From: Eledone cirrhosa | Lineage: Eukaryota | Assembly: GCA_964016885.1 (NCBI GenBank) | Contig: OZ024740.1 | Span: 173,724,001 to 173,788,000 of the forward strand | Direction of reading: 5' to 3' | DNA: 64,000 nt | In this document: positions 11,630 to 25,800 of the stretch, piece by piece | Layout of the letters: every line of letters starts with the position of its first letter | Numbering within the stretch: the stretch's first letter is position 1 | Program-made: the position numbers and the translations under genes | Notes under the pieces: model-generated | What the model was told of the DNA's origin: nothing | Seen by the model: only the letters and a program-made list of their open reading frames with translations | Databases searched by the model: none

Positions 11630-14120
11630 ATATATCTATCTATCTAAGGCGGGTAAAATTCCCGAGATCCATGGACGAGTTCTCTCCAGCGGTCTCTGTC
11701 CCTCATTATCGCTGCCATGTCCTGCGTCTCCAACAGACCAGTGTCTGTCCTTAGGGCATCAACATACGTTAACCTTGGTCTTCCTCTTCTAGTGTGTCCA
11801 TGTAGGGGCTCCCAAAGGAGCACTGAGTGCAATGTCAACTCTGGATGTCGGTGAGCATGTCCAGCTAACCTCAATCTCCTCTGTGTCACTTTTGAGCTGA
11901 CTTTTGGGATGCTCCCATACAGCTCTGAGTTTTTCATCCTCAGTGTATACTGATTAATGTTCAGAGCCATCCTCAACATTCTCGTGTAGCACCCATCCAC
12001 CATCTGAGTGAGTTTCTTGGTCAGTGTCCAAGTCTCAGACCCATACAGCAGCACAGACTCCACTACAGCAATGAAGAGGCGGACTTTCAGGTCTCTACAA
12101 AGGTCCGACTTCTACACCGATCTCAAGCTGTGGCACGCCGCCCAGGCCTTGCTCTTCCTCTCAACCACATCATCTTCCGTATTCCCAATCTTTTCTCCCA
12201 AATACAGGAAGCCCTCAACCAATTCTAGCGGCTTCCCGCCTACATTAGTGATCCCCTCTGGCTTCTCAACATTCTCTACCAGATATTTTGTTTTAGTCTC
12301 ATTCATTCGCAGCCCCACACTCATCGACACAGTCTCAACCTCCCGCATCAAATCCTCTGCCTCCTTCACTGTATTTGTCACCAAAACTATGTCGTCGGCA
12401 AATTCAGCATCCGATACCTTTTTCGCCCTAACTCTCCTGCTCTGAGCCGGTGCTACAGTAAAGCCAGAGTCCTGGTGTTTCTCCAGTGCAAGGCGCATAC
12501 AATAGTCCACTACGATGATAAAAAGGTAGGAGCCAATGTATCTCCCTGGAGCACTCCAGCCAGTATCTCAAATAACTCTGTCATCCCATCAGGTGTAATG
12601 ACTTGGGCTTTGGTGTTGGTGTAGAGCAGTGATATCAGGTCCACTATCTTCTTGGGGATTCCATAAGCCTGTAAGATCTTCATCAGGCAGTAACGGTCCA
12701 CAGAATCAAAGGCCTTCCTAAAGTCAATGAAAACCATGACCGCAGGAAGGCACTTTGTTCTAGCTCCTTCTAATATCCTCCTCAGCATCAGGATGTGACT
12801 GGTGGTTGATCTTCCCTCTCTGAAGCCGTTCTGGTTGTCCTTGAGCTTCTTCTCCATCTCAGGCTGGATCCTGTTAAGAATAATCCTGTTGAGGGTCTTT
12901 GCCACAAGTGACGTCAGTGAGATCCCCCTGTAGTTGTTGGTGTTAGAGAGATCTCCCTTCTTTGGCACTGGGACAATGTTACTGATCCTCCACTGATTCG
13001 GGGCAACTCCCTTCTCCAGTGCCCCGTAACAGAAGCCCAGGATGATATCATCAAAATCACACCTCCTCATCACCTCTGATGTCACTCCATCTTCTCCATG
13101 AGCCTTGCCCTCCTTGATCCTCTTCTTGGCTCTCTGAAGCTCCTCTCTAGTGAAGGGCTCTGTCTCAACATCCAGTTCCTCAAACAGCCGCCTGATCTCC
13201 CCAGTGCTCTGGGCTGTGGAGGGTGGCTCTCCTAGTAGGGTCCTAAAATGGTCTAGCCATTTCCTCTTCCTATCCTCGGGCCCCGTTCCCTGGATCTGAC
13301 TCGAACACCTTCTCTTCCTCCCTGTGATCTCGTTGATGATCATCCAGCTCTCCTTACATCCAGATCTGTCAACCGCTCTCTCCACACTTCTGATTTTCTC
13401 TATCAGTGCCTCCTCTCTGACCTCAGTGTAAGCGGTACAGAGTTCTTCCCTCATCACCTCCACAGTCTCCATCCCCTCCTCCGTAGGATCAGCATAGAAT
13501 TGGTCCTTGGCAGCCTTCAGGTGTTCTCTGGCTGCACACACTTTTGGGTTTGCAGAGCTGACGTGCTTCCCTTTGTTCTTTTTCCTCGGGTTTCACTTGC
13601 TTCCGCCACTGCATTGGTGAAGTGCCCGTACCTCCTCGTCACACTCTCCTCAGTCCATCCAATCTCTCTCTCCTCTGACTCTTCACACAGAGCACTAAAC
13701 CTGTTTCTCACTTCCACTGTGAACCTCTCCTGTAGCTTATCATCTTCCTTGAAAGCTCCCCAGTCACAGATTGCTCTCCGGGGCCGAGCCTTGCTCTTTC
13801 TTAAGCTCACCCGGACCTCACTCATAACAAGCCGGTGGTCACTACCCAGTGTACTGAAATAACTGTATGGTTCTGTGTTCAGAACACTATTCCGCCACTT
13901 TTTCCTCACCAGAATGAAATCCATCTGGGACTTGGACAGGTGCACATCTAAGATGTAGGTCCACATCTTCCCCAGATTCTTCCTAAACCTTTGGTTGGTC
14001 GCCATCAAGTTCGCCTCCAGCAAGGTGTCTCTCAGTAGTCTTCCATTTCGGTTGGTGTTGTTATGGAAGTACCAGAAAGGATCTTCACTGCCCCCCTTAC
14101 TCAGATGTGCATTGAAGTAA
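11630..14120 (-). mobile_element. RTE-clade LINE, 5'-truncated (partial AP endonuclease + RT), frameshifted
   Basis: DFILV..GSDH (APE); VPKKGDLS..NYRGISL, QNGFREGRST, FIDFRKAFDSV, GVLQGDTLAP, EFADD and LLYGSETWTL (RT). The stop is followed directly by an (ATAG)n tail. Confidence 0.92.
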
Positions 14121-14283
14121 GGGTATGACATTAAACTACATCCAGTGGCAAGGCTCCAGTTCGGGAGTTCAGGAGTTGTGGGGAATGTGGAGTTACCCCT
14201 TAGTTGTCATGACTCCCAGGTCTGCCCTGGCCCGGGGTGGTAGTACCTGTTAGGGCTCCATTTATGGGTTAAATAACTACCTA

Positions 14284-14452
<169 letters not shown>

Positions 14453-14669
14453 CGTAAAATAAGAAAATTAAAAAAAATTAAAAATCAACTTACTTGAGTG
14501 AAAATTTTAGTAAGTAAGTTGATTTTTATTTTTTTAAAATTTTCTTATTTTACGTCTTTCATATAATTGTTCTGCATCCCCCTGCATAGAACCACCTAGG
14601 TCCTATGACATAACTTATGTATTTGCTAGCATTAGTGTACATCTGTACGCATATGTTGGTAAATATACT

Positions 14670-14824
<155 letters not shown>

Positions 14825-14829
14825 GGACT

Positions 14830-16105
14830 CTCCCGTCGTATAACGATGCATGAGGGTTCAACAGTCTTCTCAGTTCATTTTTTATGGTTATGCTTTATAT
14901 ACCACTTCAGTCTACTTGCTGATTTACACATCAAACTGCATTTAGGGCAAAATTCCGGATTTTGAGCGGAGCAGGATGAAAGGTTTCACCGGATATTGGT
15001 GTTAGACCTAAGATCATGGAGTTGGATCAAACGAGATGCTTCAAAGTTCTTTATACCTTCATGGCAGGTATGGTCAACAGCTAGGAGTTCAAAAGAAGTA
15101 AGAGGTATGTTCACAGATTTAAGATTGTACTTCGGTTTGTCTTTATATCTGAGTACTGGTTAGCCTACTTTACGTGCACCATTATGAAGTTGACTGTATA
15201 ACTCCCAACTCATATAGGACGTGACCAACCAATATGAGTTGGGATTGCATCAGAAATGATTCCATCTTACCGATATTGCACCTCGTGAACAGATCGGCAT
15301 TGAAGACTCCGTGAGAAAACGCACAATCACAGATAGAGCGAATACAATGTTTTTGGAAGACATCAAGCTTATAAATCTGGGTGTGATAAAGTGTTCATGG
15401 CTCCTAGCCGTATAAAAGTATTGTCAGTACCACTACTCGACCAACTGCAACTTTTGTTTTCAGGGATATACCTCTGATACTCAATGGACGATGATGTAGT
15501 TTGCCAAAGCAATAGTTGCTTTAGGGGTGAGATTGACGATCTCATAATCCAGGGATGTAGAGGGATTCGCCTAGCTGCCAAGGTAAGTAAAGGAGTTCAC
15601 GTACTTCAGATCTTTGCCATCAACAGTGCCGGGAACACGGGGATATCCATGCTCTGGCTGTCCTTGCCTAACATCTACTTGTTTGGGGGTGGTTAGCCTT
15701 GGTTGATGTACCACCCCAGTCTTCTTAATGCTGAATGTTAAACTAAATGTTAAACTTAATGCTGAATGTTAAACCAAACAGGCAAGCGAGAAGTGGCTCA
15801 TCAATTCTTGTGCCTCTTCGAAGGATGTTGCAACAACTGCAGCATCATCAGCAAACAGTAAATCATGAATAACACTTGTTGTTGTAAGTGTTTTACCCTT
15901 AAAGTGCTGATAGTTGAATAACCCAACTGATGTACGGATTTCAAATCTGATACCGATGTCTAAGTCGCCAAATGCCAAGAGGTATATTTTTGTTTTGTCA
16001 ACTTCGAATGGCGTTGGCGTTCCTCGGGACCTGCTGTGGAAGGTTCTGCAGGTGTATGGGATCGATGGTCATCTTCTTGCTGCCCTGACGTCTCTATACG
16101 AATAC
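14830..16105. mobile_element. Old RTE/BovB-like LINE fragments
   Basis: Minus: DLLFADDAAVVATSFEEAQELMSHFSLAC. Plus: VPRDLLWKVLQVYGIDGHLLAALTSLY. Confidence 0.6.
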
Positions 16106-16548
16106 TCGAGTATTATCAAAATTATAAGGGCGGTTTTTTTTGGTCCAGGGGTTACCACCAAATTCAATTATGGTTATTCGAGATAAGGCTAATTAAAATT
16201 TTACAATTTAATATAAATAGCTACTACTTTACTATTTTTTCTATTCTCTTAACTAACGCTTTAATTATGACTAGTAAACTTACAGACCTTACTAGATTTG
16301 AAATCTCCAAAAGTCTTTGTTTTTTTTTTCCATTAAATAAATATTAATGCTCTGTGATGCCGGTTAATTTTCAGTCTTTCAGATATTTTCTCCCTAACTT
16401 CACATTGGATTTATTTGATCTGCATGATAATCATAATAACACATGCGCTTCTCTGCATCTTGTTTAGTCAAAACTAAGTGGATTTATAAATCTTTGTATA
16501 CATACATACATACACACACACGCACACACACGCACACACACGCACACG

Positions 16549-16662
<114 letters not shown>

Positions 16663-16691
16663 TCCACGCACACACGCACATACACGCACAC

Positions 16692-16727
<36 letters not shown>

Positions 16728-16792
16728 ATGGAAACAAAATAAGAGGCATTGGGAAAATATGAATTTTGAAATTCGTTCTCACACAAATGATA

Positions 16793-16970
16793 ATAATTGT
16801 TTCTACTTTTGGCACAAGGCCAGCAATTATCCCAGTACATTACTGGTACTTTATATTATCGACCCCGTAAGGATGAAAGGCAAAGTAAACCTCGGCGGGA
16901 ATTGAACTCAGATCGTAAATGGACGTAACTATGCTGGAAAGCATATCCTACCCTCTACCGATACTGCCAA
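16793..16970 (-). mobile_element. tRNA-derived SINE
   Basis: Reverse complement of the 41549-41725 family. Confidence 0.75.
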
Positions 16971-19900
16971 TTTAGTTGTTCACCATAGATAATAGTTTAA
17001 GAAAATCATATAAAGTATTCCTGGAGTCGGAAAAAATTAAACGGACTTTATTCCATCTCTTTACCCGATTTTCCGAACACTTATAGTGATCGATTATTAT
17101 TTACTTGCCTGACCTCCTCACCCATTATGATAATCATTCCCTCCCTTTCCCCCAACCTTCCAACATCCCCTCTCTACCAGCTTTACTACTCTTTCCCGAT
17201 GAAGCACTAACGTCCGATATGTTGAGGCATTTCTTTTTCCTTTTCCCACAAGCGTGAAACTAAGACTTTGTGTAATTGTTCTCTCTGTCTTCCTTTTTGA
17301 TTATTTAACCACAAACACATACTAATGCTCACACACATACACAGAAATATACATTGAGATTTAGATACTTAGTAAAATATAATAGTTGCACGCATGAACA
17401 CACATACGCATATACGCCTGCACAAATATATGCGTGTGAATAGACCATCATGTGTTTACATACATACAACTATACACACATAAATACGTACGTACTTACG
17501 TACCTATCTACCTATCTACATACCTACATACCTACCAACCAACCTACCTACATACACATATTCATACATACATACATACATACATACATACATACATACA
17601 TACATACATACATACGTACATACATAATGATGGCTGCAACTCGAGTAATGCCATCGCTTGATACTTAAGTATGAGTATCATGGATGTGGCTTTTTAGTCC
17701 TGCTAGGGACTTGCCTATGGCCAGCAATACCATGCATCACAAAAAATGTCACATATCAAGCGATGCCTGTGCTCGAAGCTTTTTTTAAGTGAGGAAAGGT
17801 TTTGCACGGGGCCAATCCCACTTTTTGAACATCGAATGCATTTACCCAAAAAGAAGAACTGGTCTGCATCATTGGCTGCAAACGAAGTCGCAGGTTTTAT
17901 ATCAGAGTGACCTTCTCCTAGAGAGATGTCTTAATGAACACTAGGAGTCTCTCGCTCCACACACGCACAAAAATATATACTTTATTGGATGGCCGTTGAC
18001 TCTTCTGAGTTCCTCCGCCCTTTGACGAGTTTCGTTTCTTATCCCACAGGGTGTCTAAAATCACCCTCCTCACCAAGCAAGCTTGGTGGGGTTGCCGGTT
18101 TAGTCGCCGACAACCCGATTAGGCACAGGTTGTACTGAGTTACATGTTACATTTTTTGTGGCTTTCATTCAAATTGTATTCATTCGAATTGCTTTCAATT
18201 CATTGTATTAACATTATTGTCTTTACAGTCGATGCATTAATTACTTCTGCGAATTTAGTTCTCAATGAGACTTTGTCTTTAAAAACTTGCAAAATAGTTT
18301 AACTATATTTCTACATTTTATCAATTGTTCTTCCATTTATTGTGATGTTTATTCTCTTTTCTTTGCAATATAGTTAGGCATCATTTTTCATTGAAAAGTT
18401 CTCCATTATCAATAGAAAAGTTATATCTTTATTGCATAACCAAGCAAGTGGATTTATTTGACATAAGTAATTGGCCGAACGGTTAGATCTATTTAAGATA
18501 TCGAAAACTTTAGATACAACGTGGGTTTGTCTAGTTGAATATCATACTATACAATTCGACACGCAATTATTTATCGTGTAGTATGCCTTATCAATATTGC
18601 ATTTTCTTCTATATCTAGTCAGTTCTAAATGCTTGTACGTTCCAGTGATATTCACTGCACGGACAGGCAAGATAGACTTCGTCAGGGCACTGTTTCTCTG
18701 CACTTATTGTTGGTATGTATTTCAGCACAGTCGTTGGTTTAATAAGGTTACATGAAAGAAGAGGTGTTTATCAGCCATCTTTTTATGTCGAGTACGTTGT
18801 TTACATATAAGTTTCAGGGAATGTTGAGATGATTATAATGCTGTGTTTGTTTTCATTTATGTTGTTGTCACACTCATGCATTCTTAGTGTGAGATTTGTG
18901 TGTAGTGTGTGTGTGTGTGGGGCGGGGGGGGGGGGGATTTGAGTATATTGTGTCTTAATCTATGTTATGAGTCGAACAAGTGAATGAGTTGGTTGCTGAT
19001 ATGAAGGATAGATATGTTTATAAGATAATGATATATATGCCTAATGATGAATCGTTTAGAATTTTGTTGAATGTTATATTTGTTATAATTCTCTCTAGTT
19101 TCCAGATTTTGGGAATAGCAATATTATTACAAAGAGTTGAAGATGTTGGTCATTGCAATACATACGCTCTTGAATTTTATTTTCTTATTCATTCCTCTTG
19201 TTTTCAGTTGACCAATGGGTGAAAGGGGTCAAGGTGGTAAGGTGAGGTATATCAGTCATTTTCAGTTTCTGTCTTCTCTGGGTAATACTTGGTGATTGAT
19301 ATAGATAAAAATGTTTGATAAGTGAGTTTGAGTACAGTTAGCACAGTACTGGGTAAAAAGTACCTACTTTGTAAGGATGGGTAATTTTCTCCTCGTGTTG
19401 TAAGCGATAGTTGCCTGCGTAAACTGCTGCAGCGCACTGATAAGAGAATCATTTGCTGGAATTGGGAATATAAAGTATTTTTGTGTGTGGGATGTGATAC
19501 AGCAGGTCTAAGAGGATGATATCACTTCCATCAATAATCTGTCTTAACGTGCCACAAAATTCGGGTGTTGGGAGAGACATTGTAGATTGTTGTGTGGCAT
19601 GTAGTCGCGATAGGGCAGTAGCTGGGCGATATGATAGACGCAGAGATATAGCAGTTTGGTAGAATTTGGGCTTGGGGTTTGAGAAAAAGATAAAAGGTAT
19701 TTGGAATGTCTATATATTGGTCAGGTATGTGCATATAAGAATATAAGATGAAAGAAATTGATGTAGAAAGTTGAGGATTGCAAACGAGTGTGAGATATAG
19801 GGGGAGTGTGAGATACAGAAAGGGTTGTGGGTATTGAATTCATCAAGAACAATGATTTGAGGAGTGAGACGATGTATATGTTCTCGATGCAGAGGGTGAT

Positions 19901-21511
19901 ATGGTCGAAGAATTGTTGTTTGGTTGGAGTAGTTTGGAGAACAGTACAGAAAGTAAGTAACTTTATGAGGTGGGCGCGAGGGAGATTTGAAACAGAATAA
20001 CTAGAAGTCATTTGTCGATATTCTGTTGTGAGAGGTGAGTGGCAGAGAGCATGGGATCTATATATGCGTCAGAATTACTTTTCAGGGTGAAATTTTAATA
20101 TTGCGTATAGCTTGGACAACAGAGATTGGCTATAAATAAACGGCAAAAGATTTGTGTTTTGGAGAAGAATAACATTAGTTGTTCGCTTGTTAGGAAGAAT
20201 TGATGCTTGGGGTCCAGAATAAGATATGTCCAGGATAAAATAGGAGTTGTCCCGCGGATTTGGCATTTAGATAAGTATAGGGTGTTATGGTTAAGCCTCT
20301 AGGGAAATACGGAGAGTGTCAGTGCGCCACAAGGAGACGATAATAACTCGCTACAGGAAACCTGGTTCAAACGACCGAAATAGGGCAAACTGCACTAAGA
20401 GCACCTATGTGCTAGAAGGTGGTATTTAACCAATGGTAGACAGAAAGTTTTTAAAAAAAGTTTTTGAAATACTCTTTAAAAATAGAAGAAAATGATTGTA
20501 GTTACCGATTCCAAAGAAATAGGACGAAGGTAAAAAACACTGTTCTTGAAATATTGTATGGCATTTGACGGATTACCAATGTTACTTTGGTAATGTAGTT
20601 GTGTGTGGATGATGAGAATTGAGTGGAAAGAATTTTGGTTCTCTTGTGTCAACAATAGAAAAGACATATTACCTGTCACAGAGAGAGAAGACTAATGGAT
20701 TCTGAAAATATTTTTAGCATTAAAGATATACTCTGTAGTTTAGACGACCTTAAAATGCTAAACTGACTTTAAAGCAAGTGCAAATAGAGTAAAAAAACGG
20801 CTGAACTATTTTGCTTTGTTTTCTTGAAAAAAATATATAGCTGTATTGGTTAATAGAGTATATATATTTATAAAACAGTCTTAAAAACGAGATTCATCCT
20901 CATAATATATGATCCATTAATTAATAACAACCTATACCGGCTATTTTTGCGCTTTGGCCTTAACAGAACTTTTAAATACTTTTAATAGATTAGATACAAA
21001 TATCCTTTCAGACACAACAAATACCTAAGTAATATATGAGAATCCTTTTGAGATTTTGAATGCTCTTTTAGATATCATAAAAAAAGTGCAGTAAAAGGAA
21101 CATTTTGATTACCTTACACTCAATAACGAATGCTGGGACCAAATCAACATATTCTTCTTTACATTAAACAGACATTGAGGATCTTTTAAATATGATATTT
21201 AGAAAGATGTGAAACACGCAACAGTGCTTGTATATCTAAATTTCTCGCTTCACATCTTTGTGTTCTTAAATATCAATATTTAAAGAGTATAAAACTAAAA
21301 GTAGAACGTTTCGGTTTCAAAACTATATGGAGTAGAAATGGTAAAGATTAAAGATATGTAGTCGTAAAATATAAGAGAGCATTGAGTAACACTATGTCTA
21401 TATTGATGAGAGTTTTAAAAGCTTACACAAAACAACTGAAAGAAATGATAAAACGTTAAATACCGGAACAGAGTAAACATAATAAAACAAAAGTATTAAT
21501 TGCTTCAGATA

Positions 21512-21517
21512 TTTATT
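21512..21517 (-). terminator. Polyadenylation signal AATAAA, copy 1
   Basis: About 97 nt after the stop; retained at the same position in the otherwise diverged copy 2 UTR; followed by T/GT-rich sequence on the minus strand. Confidence 0.75.
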
Positions 21518-21613
21518 GAATGAAAAAGTACAAAGTAAATCAAAATAATTCTTTGTTATCAATGACAAACGTTGTACACATTCATCGTATCATATATATG
21601 TTCCGGAAACATG

Positions 21614-22833
21614 TTAATGTGTTTTGGCCGGAGTAAAGAAAACCGTTGGGGGTGTGAGATAGTGATTGGGCAAGATTTGACCATCAATACCATTAATAGT
21701 AACCTTTATATCGAAATCATCGTGAGCATCTAAACGGAGATGTTTCAGACTTGTGGTGATATCATATTTAAAAAGACGGTCAAATGCCCAAAACATTTCA
21801 TTTTCTCCGCCAAGAATACAGAATGTACCTCCAAATGCACATTCACCATCTTTTCTGCAGACATCAAAGTTAACATCAGCAGATTGACCAATGGTACGAA
21901 GTAAGAAACCAGCAAATACTCTGTCTTCATGTTGTATCTCTTGAAGATGGTCTTCCAACTGAGGAATGGTCATTCCGTGGAAATTAAGATTATCATAATC
22001 ATATTCAAGTGTATGGTAATCGAAAGATGTAATACCAGTAGAATGAGCTCTTGTAACAGCATTAGGATTGCTGTCTAAGTTGAACGGTTTTAATGGTTTA
22101 TTTAGTTTATTGATTTCGCAGTTAGCATCATTGTGAGGTAAGCCACGATACTTCTGTAATGCTTGCCATATAGCCCAAATACGATCAGTGTTGGAGTGAT
22201 GAATGTAAAAGAGAGGATCATAGGAAGTATAGTGAAGGGTTGACATACCATATGGACTACTACCACCAACCCAAGAATGAATAGCGTTGTGGCCTATTTC
22301 ATACTGGATTTCAAAATCACAGAAATCTGTTTGTTCCAGAGCTAATGCTATCTGGCGATAGAAGAATGATTTATCTCCCTTTTCTGGATCATCAAAAAGT
22401 TTTGCTCTGGGTGCTCTGGTTGTGTCAGTATTGGCAACATCAATATGGGCATGGTGGAAGGAGTTGTGTTTCTCTTCAGTGACCAGGATAGGTAAATTAG
22501 CGAAGGTAGTGGTCCAGTCCCAGTAAGGAATACCAACGTGAGATCCCTTAGCAACTAAAGCATCTTCCATTTGTTTAACCAACAATCTGTGCCAGTGGGG
22601 GAATGTTACCATTCCATGTTGGCAACATGCATATGCTGTACCATTTGGATAATGACATTTGAGGGGCATTCCATGATAAGAAGCAATACTCTGGTAACCA
22701 TTGTCTGAAGTATCAGCTTGTACTTTAGCCATGGCATCTCTTAGTTCTTTGATGTCTGTAGGAGTCAAGCTATTGACATTCTTCCTGACAATAACACCTT
22801 TCACGGGTTCTTTGTGTACCTCTTTCTTGAAAT
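21614..22833 (-). CDS. Hc: Hemocyanin copy 1 exon 12, FU-g and stop
   Basis: CCQHGMVTFPHWHR, HNAIH, HHSN; ends PAKTH-TAA. Confidence 0.95.
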
Positions 22834-25800
22834 CTATAGGGGAACAAGTAAAAAGACAAGAAGAAATGAAATGTGTGTTACAAACAAAGGAAGTAAAACG
22901 AATAAGTAAAATTTATAAAAAAATGGAGTGAAAATCAGTAAAAAAAAATACAATTATCGAACAACAACAACAATAAAATAACATTTGAAATAAAGTTGCA
23001 AATATTAGAAAAGCTGATAAAATATTAAACAAACCTTTAGCTGGAACATATATCATTGAAGGAGCTGGCAAGGAGTTAGAATCTAATATTTTTCCATCAA
23101 CGGTTTGGATTTCTACTTCAAGGTGAATAGTGCTTCCATGAACATACAAATCTTCCAAAGGAATGTGCATTTTATGGAGAACATGGGTAATATCAAGCTT
23201 GTAGGTTCTATCGAAATGCCATGGCATTTCATTTTCACCACCAAGTACAAATACTACACCAGCATGTTCACAAACTTTGTCTTTGCAGAGTTTCAAATGG
23301 ACATCAGCTGAGGTTTTGATACCAAAGAGTAAGAAGGAAGCAAAAACTCTGTCTACGTTCTGGTGTTTATGGATAGCCTTTTCCAGTTGATCTATATTCA
23401 TTCCATGGAATTCGAGATTATCATAATCATAACCGAGTTTGTGGTAGTTAAATAGATGTTGTGGTGTTGATGCAGCTCTTGTATGTAGATTTGGATTGGA
23501 TTCCCAAATGAAAGGCTTCATGGGGAATGATAACTGATCTAGAGCACAGTAAGCCTTATCATATGGTAATTTTCTGTGTTCCTGAAGAGCTTGCCAAATA
23601 GCCCAGAGACGATCAACCTGAATTTAAATACAAAGAATAGACAGTAATAAACATGATTTTATAATGGAATAATGGCCTCCGCATAAAGCAAATCACTAAA
23701 ACATTCATCACATCATACGATGAAATAACAAAGTGAACTAAGCAAGATATGTTTGTATAAAGATATTTGTTCTAATCAACAGACATTTATGAATGACTGA
23801 GCGTTGATCTTTTCAGAAATAAATGTTCAAAGTAAGTTCAATTTTATTTTACTAAAATACTGACGTGTTTAAAATATTAGAGTGAAATCAATATAAATGT
23901 AGTTGTATCAATATAAATATAATGTATAAATATTTCGTAATTTACCATTGAATGATGAATGTAGAAGACGGGATCAAAGGAACTATAGACCAAACTGGAC
24001 ATGGCATATTTCTGGTGACCACCAAGGAGGTAGTGAAGAGCATTATGGACTACTTCAAATTGAACTTCGAAGTCACAATAATCTTCTTGTTCAAACATCA
24101 GAAGTACTTGTTGGTAAAGATTAGACCCTTCTCCTTCACCGATTTCAAATAGTTCTGGTTGTACATCTCTAACAGTGTAGGTATCTTCCTGTTTGATGTA
24201 TCCCCTAAGGAATGGATTCTCGATCACGTTATCAGTCCAAGCATCATAGTAGTCAGGATCTGCTATAAGTCTAGGTAATTTTGCAATAGGTAATGTCCAA
24301 TCCCAATAGGGAACGGCAACGTTGGATCCATGTCGGCGCATAGAATCTTCAAAATGTAATAAGTAAACACGGTGCCAATGTGGGAAGACGGACATTCCAT
24401 GTAGACAACAAGCATATTGCGGATCTTCTGGACTAGGACAGATCGTTGAACCATGATAACTAGCAATTGTCTGGAATCCATGGTCACTTTCATCTTCCTT
24501 AACACGAGTAAGAGCTGACATAAGATTTTGAATATCTCTTTCATCCAAAGACGCTACATTTCGTCGGATATGATTTAGTGGGATGTCAATATCGACGCCT
24601 TGGTCTAAAAGAAATTTGAAAAAATGAAAATTAGTTTCAAATATTGACATTTTTATGCATGAATATTTTCATTTATATTACATAGGAACCTAAAACACTT
24701 ACGGATAGGTGGGATCCTTATTACAGTTGCTTCTGGAAGAAGGCCAGCTGGCAATTCAGTTCCATTGTGGGCAACTATTTTTGTTTTAATAGTGAAAGGT
24801 GAATCAAAATGTAACTTCATATCAGAAAGTATATCAGTAATTTCTATCTTGTAAAGACGGTCAAATGCCCATGGCATTTCTGCACTGCCTCCCAACACAG
24901 CAAAATGACTTCCTTCATGACATTCTCCTGCTTCATTACAGATCTAGAATAAATTAATAATGAGAAGAAATATATAATTTAAGGTTCCTCTCTTTGAAAA
25001 GGCACACATGCACTTACATAGACATTGCTTTTTCATGTACTTAACGACACTATCATATTATTCATAAATTTGAAATGTAAAGCTGTTTAAATGTAGTTAG
25101 ATGCATATAGTCGATAAACTGCTTATAGTCTTTGGAATTATTTTCAAAGCAATATGAATGAAAATACTCTTGTTACATCATTCTAGAAACACTTTCTTAT
25201 TTTACATCAAGTTGAAAGATATAATATTTTTGCCTTTTTACTTACATCAAATGTTGCATAAGCTGATGAACCAAATCCACTCAACAAAAAGCCAGCAAAA
25301 ACACGATCGTGCTCTCTTTGGTGTCTGATGTATGACTCTATCTGATTAATAGACATACTGTTAATATCTAGAATGTCGTAATCGTAATGGAAGTTTTCTC
25401 TGTATCTAAACATATCTTCAGGTTTGGATAATTTCGTGGTGAGATCATTCAAATTGTAAGGAGCTCCGAAAGCAAAAGGCTTCAAGGGAACCTTCATCAG
25501 TTCAAGAGCACAATGAGATTCGTAGGCATTAAGACCTCTCAATTTCTGCAATTCTTGCCAAATAACCCACAAACGATCGACACTAGAATGATGTAGGAAG
25601 AATAATGGATCGTAGGCTGCATAATGTAAGTGGTTCAAAGAATACTCTTCTTTTCCACCAATCCACGAGTGAATGGCATTATGAACAATCTCTAATTGTA
25701 TTTCAAAATCACAATAATCGGTCTGTTCCAAAGCTAAAGCGATGTTATCAAAGAGCCATGTTTGTCTTCCCAGTACTGGATGTTCATACAAATATTCGCT

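Noticed and set aside
18900-20420. Purine-skewed stretch with short ORFs, possibly an old LINE
   Set aside because: No recognisable RT or endonuclease motif on manual reading.
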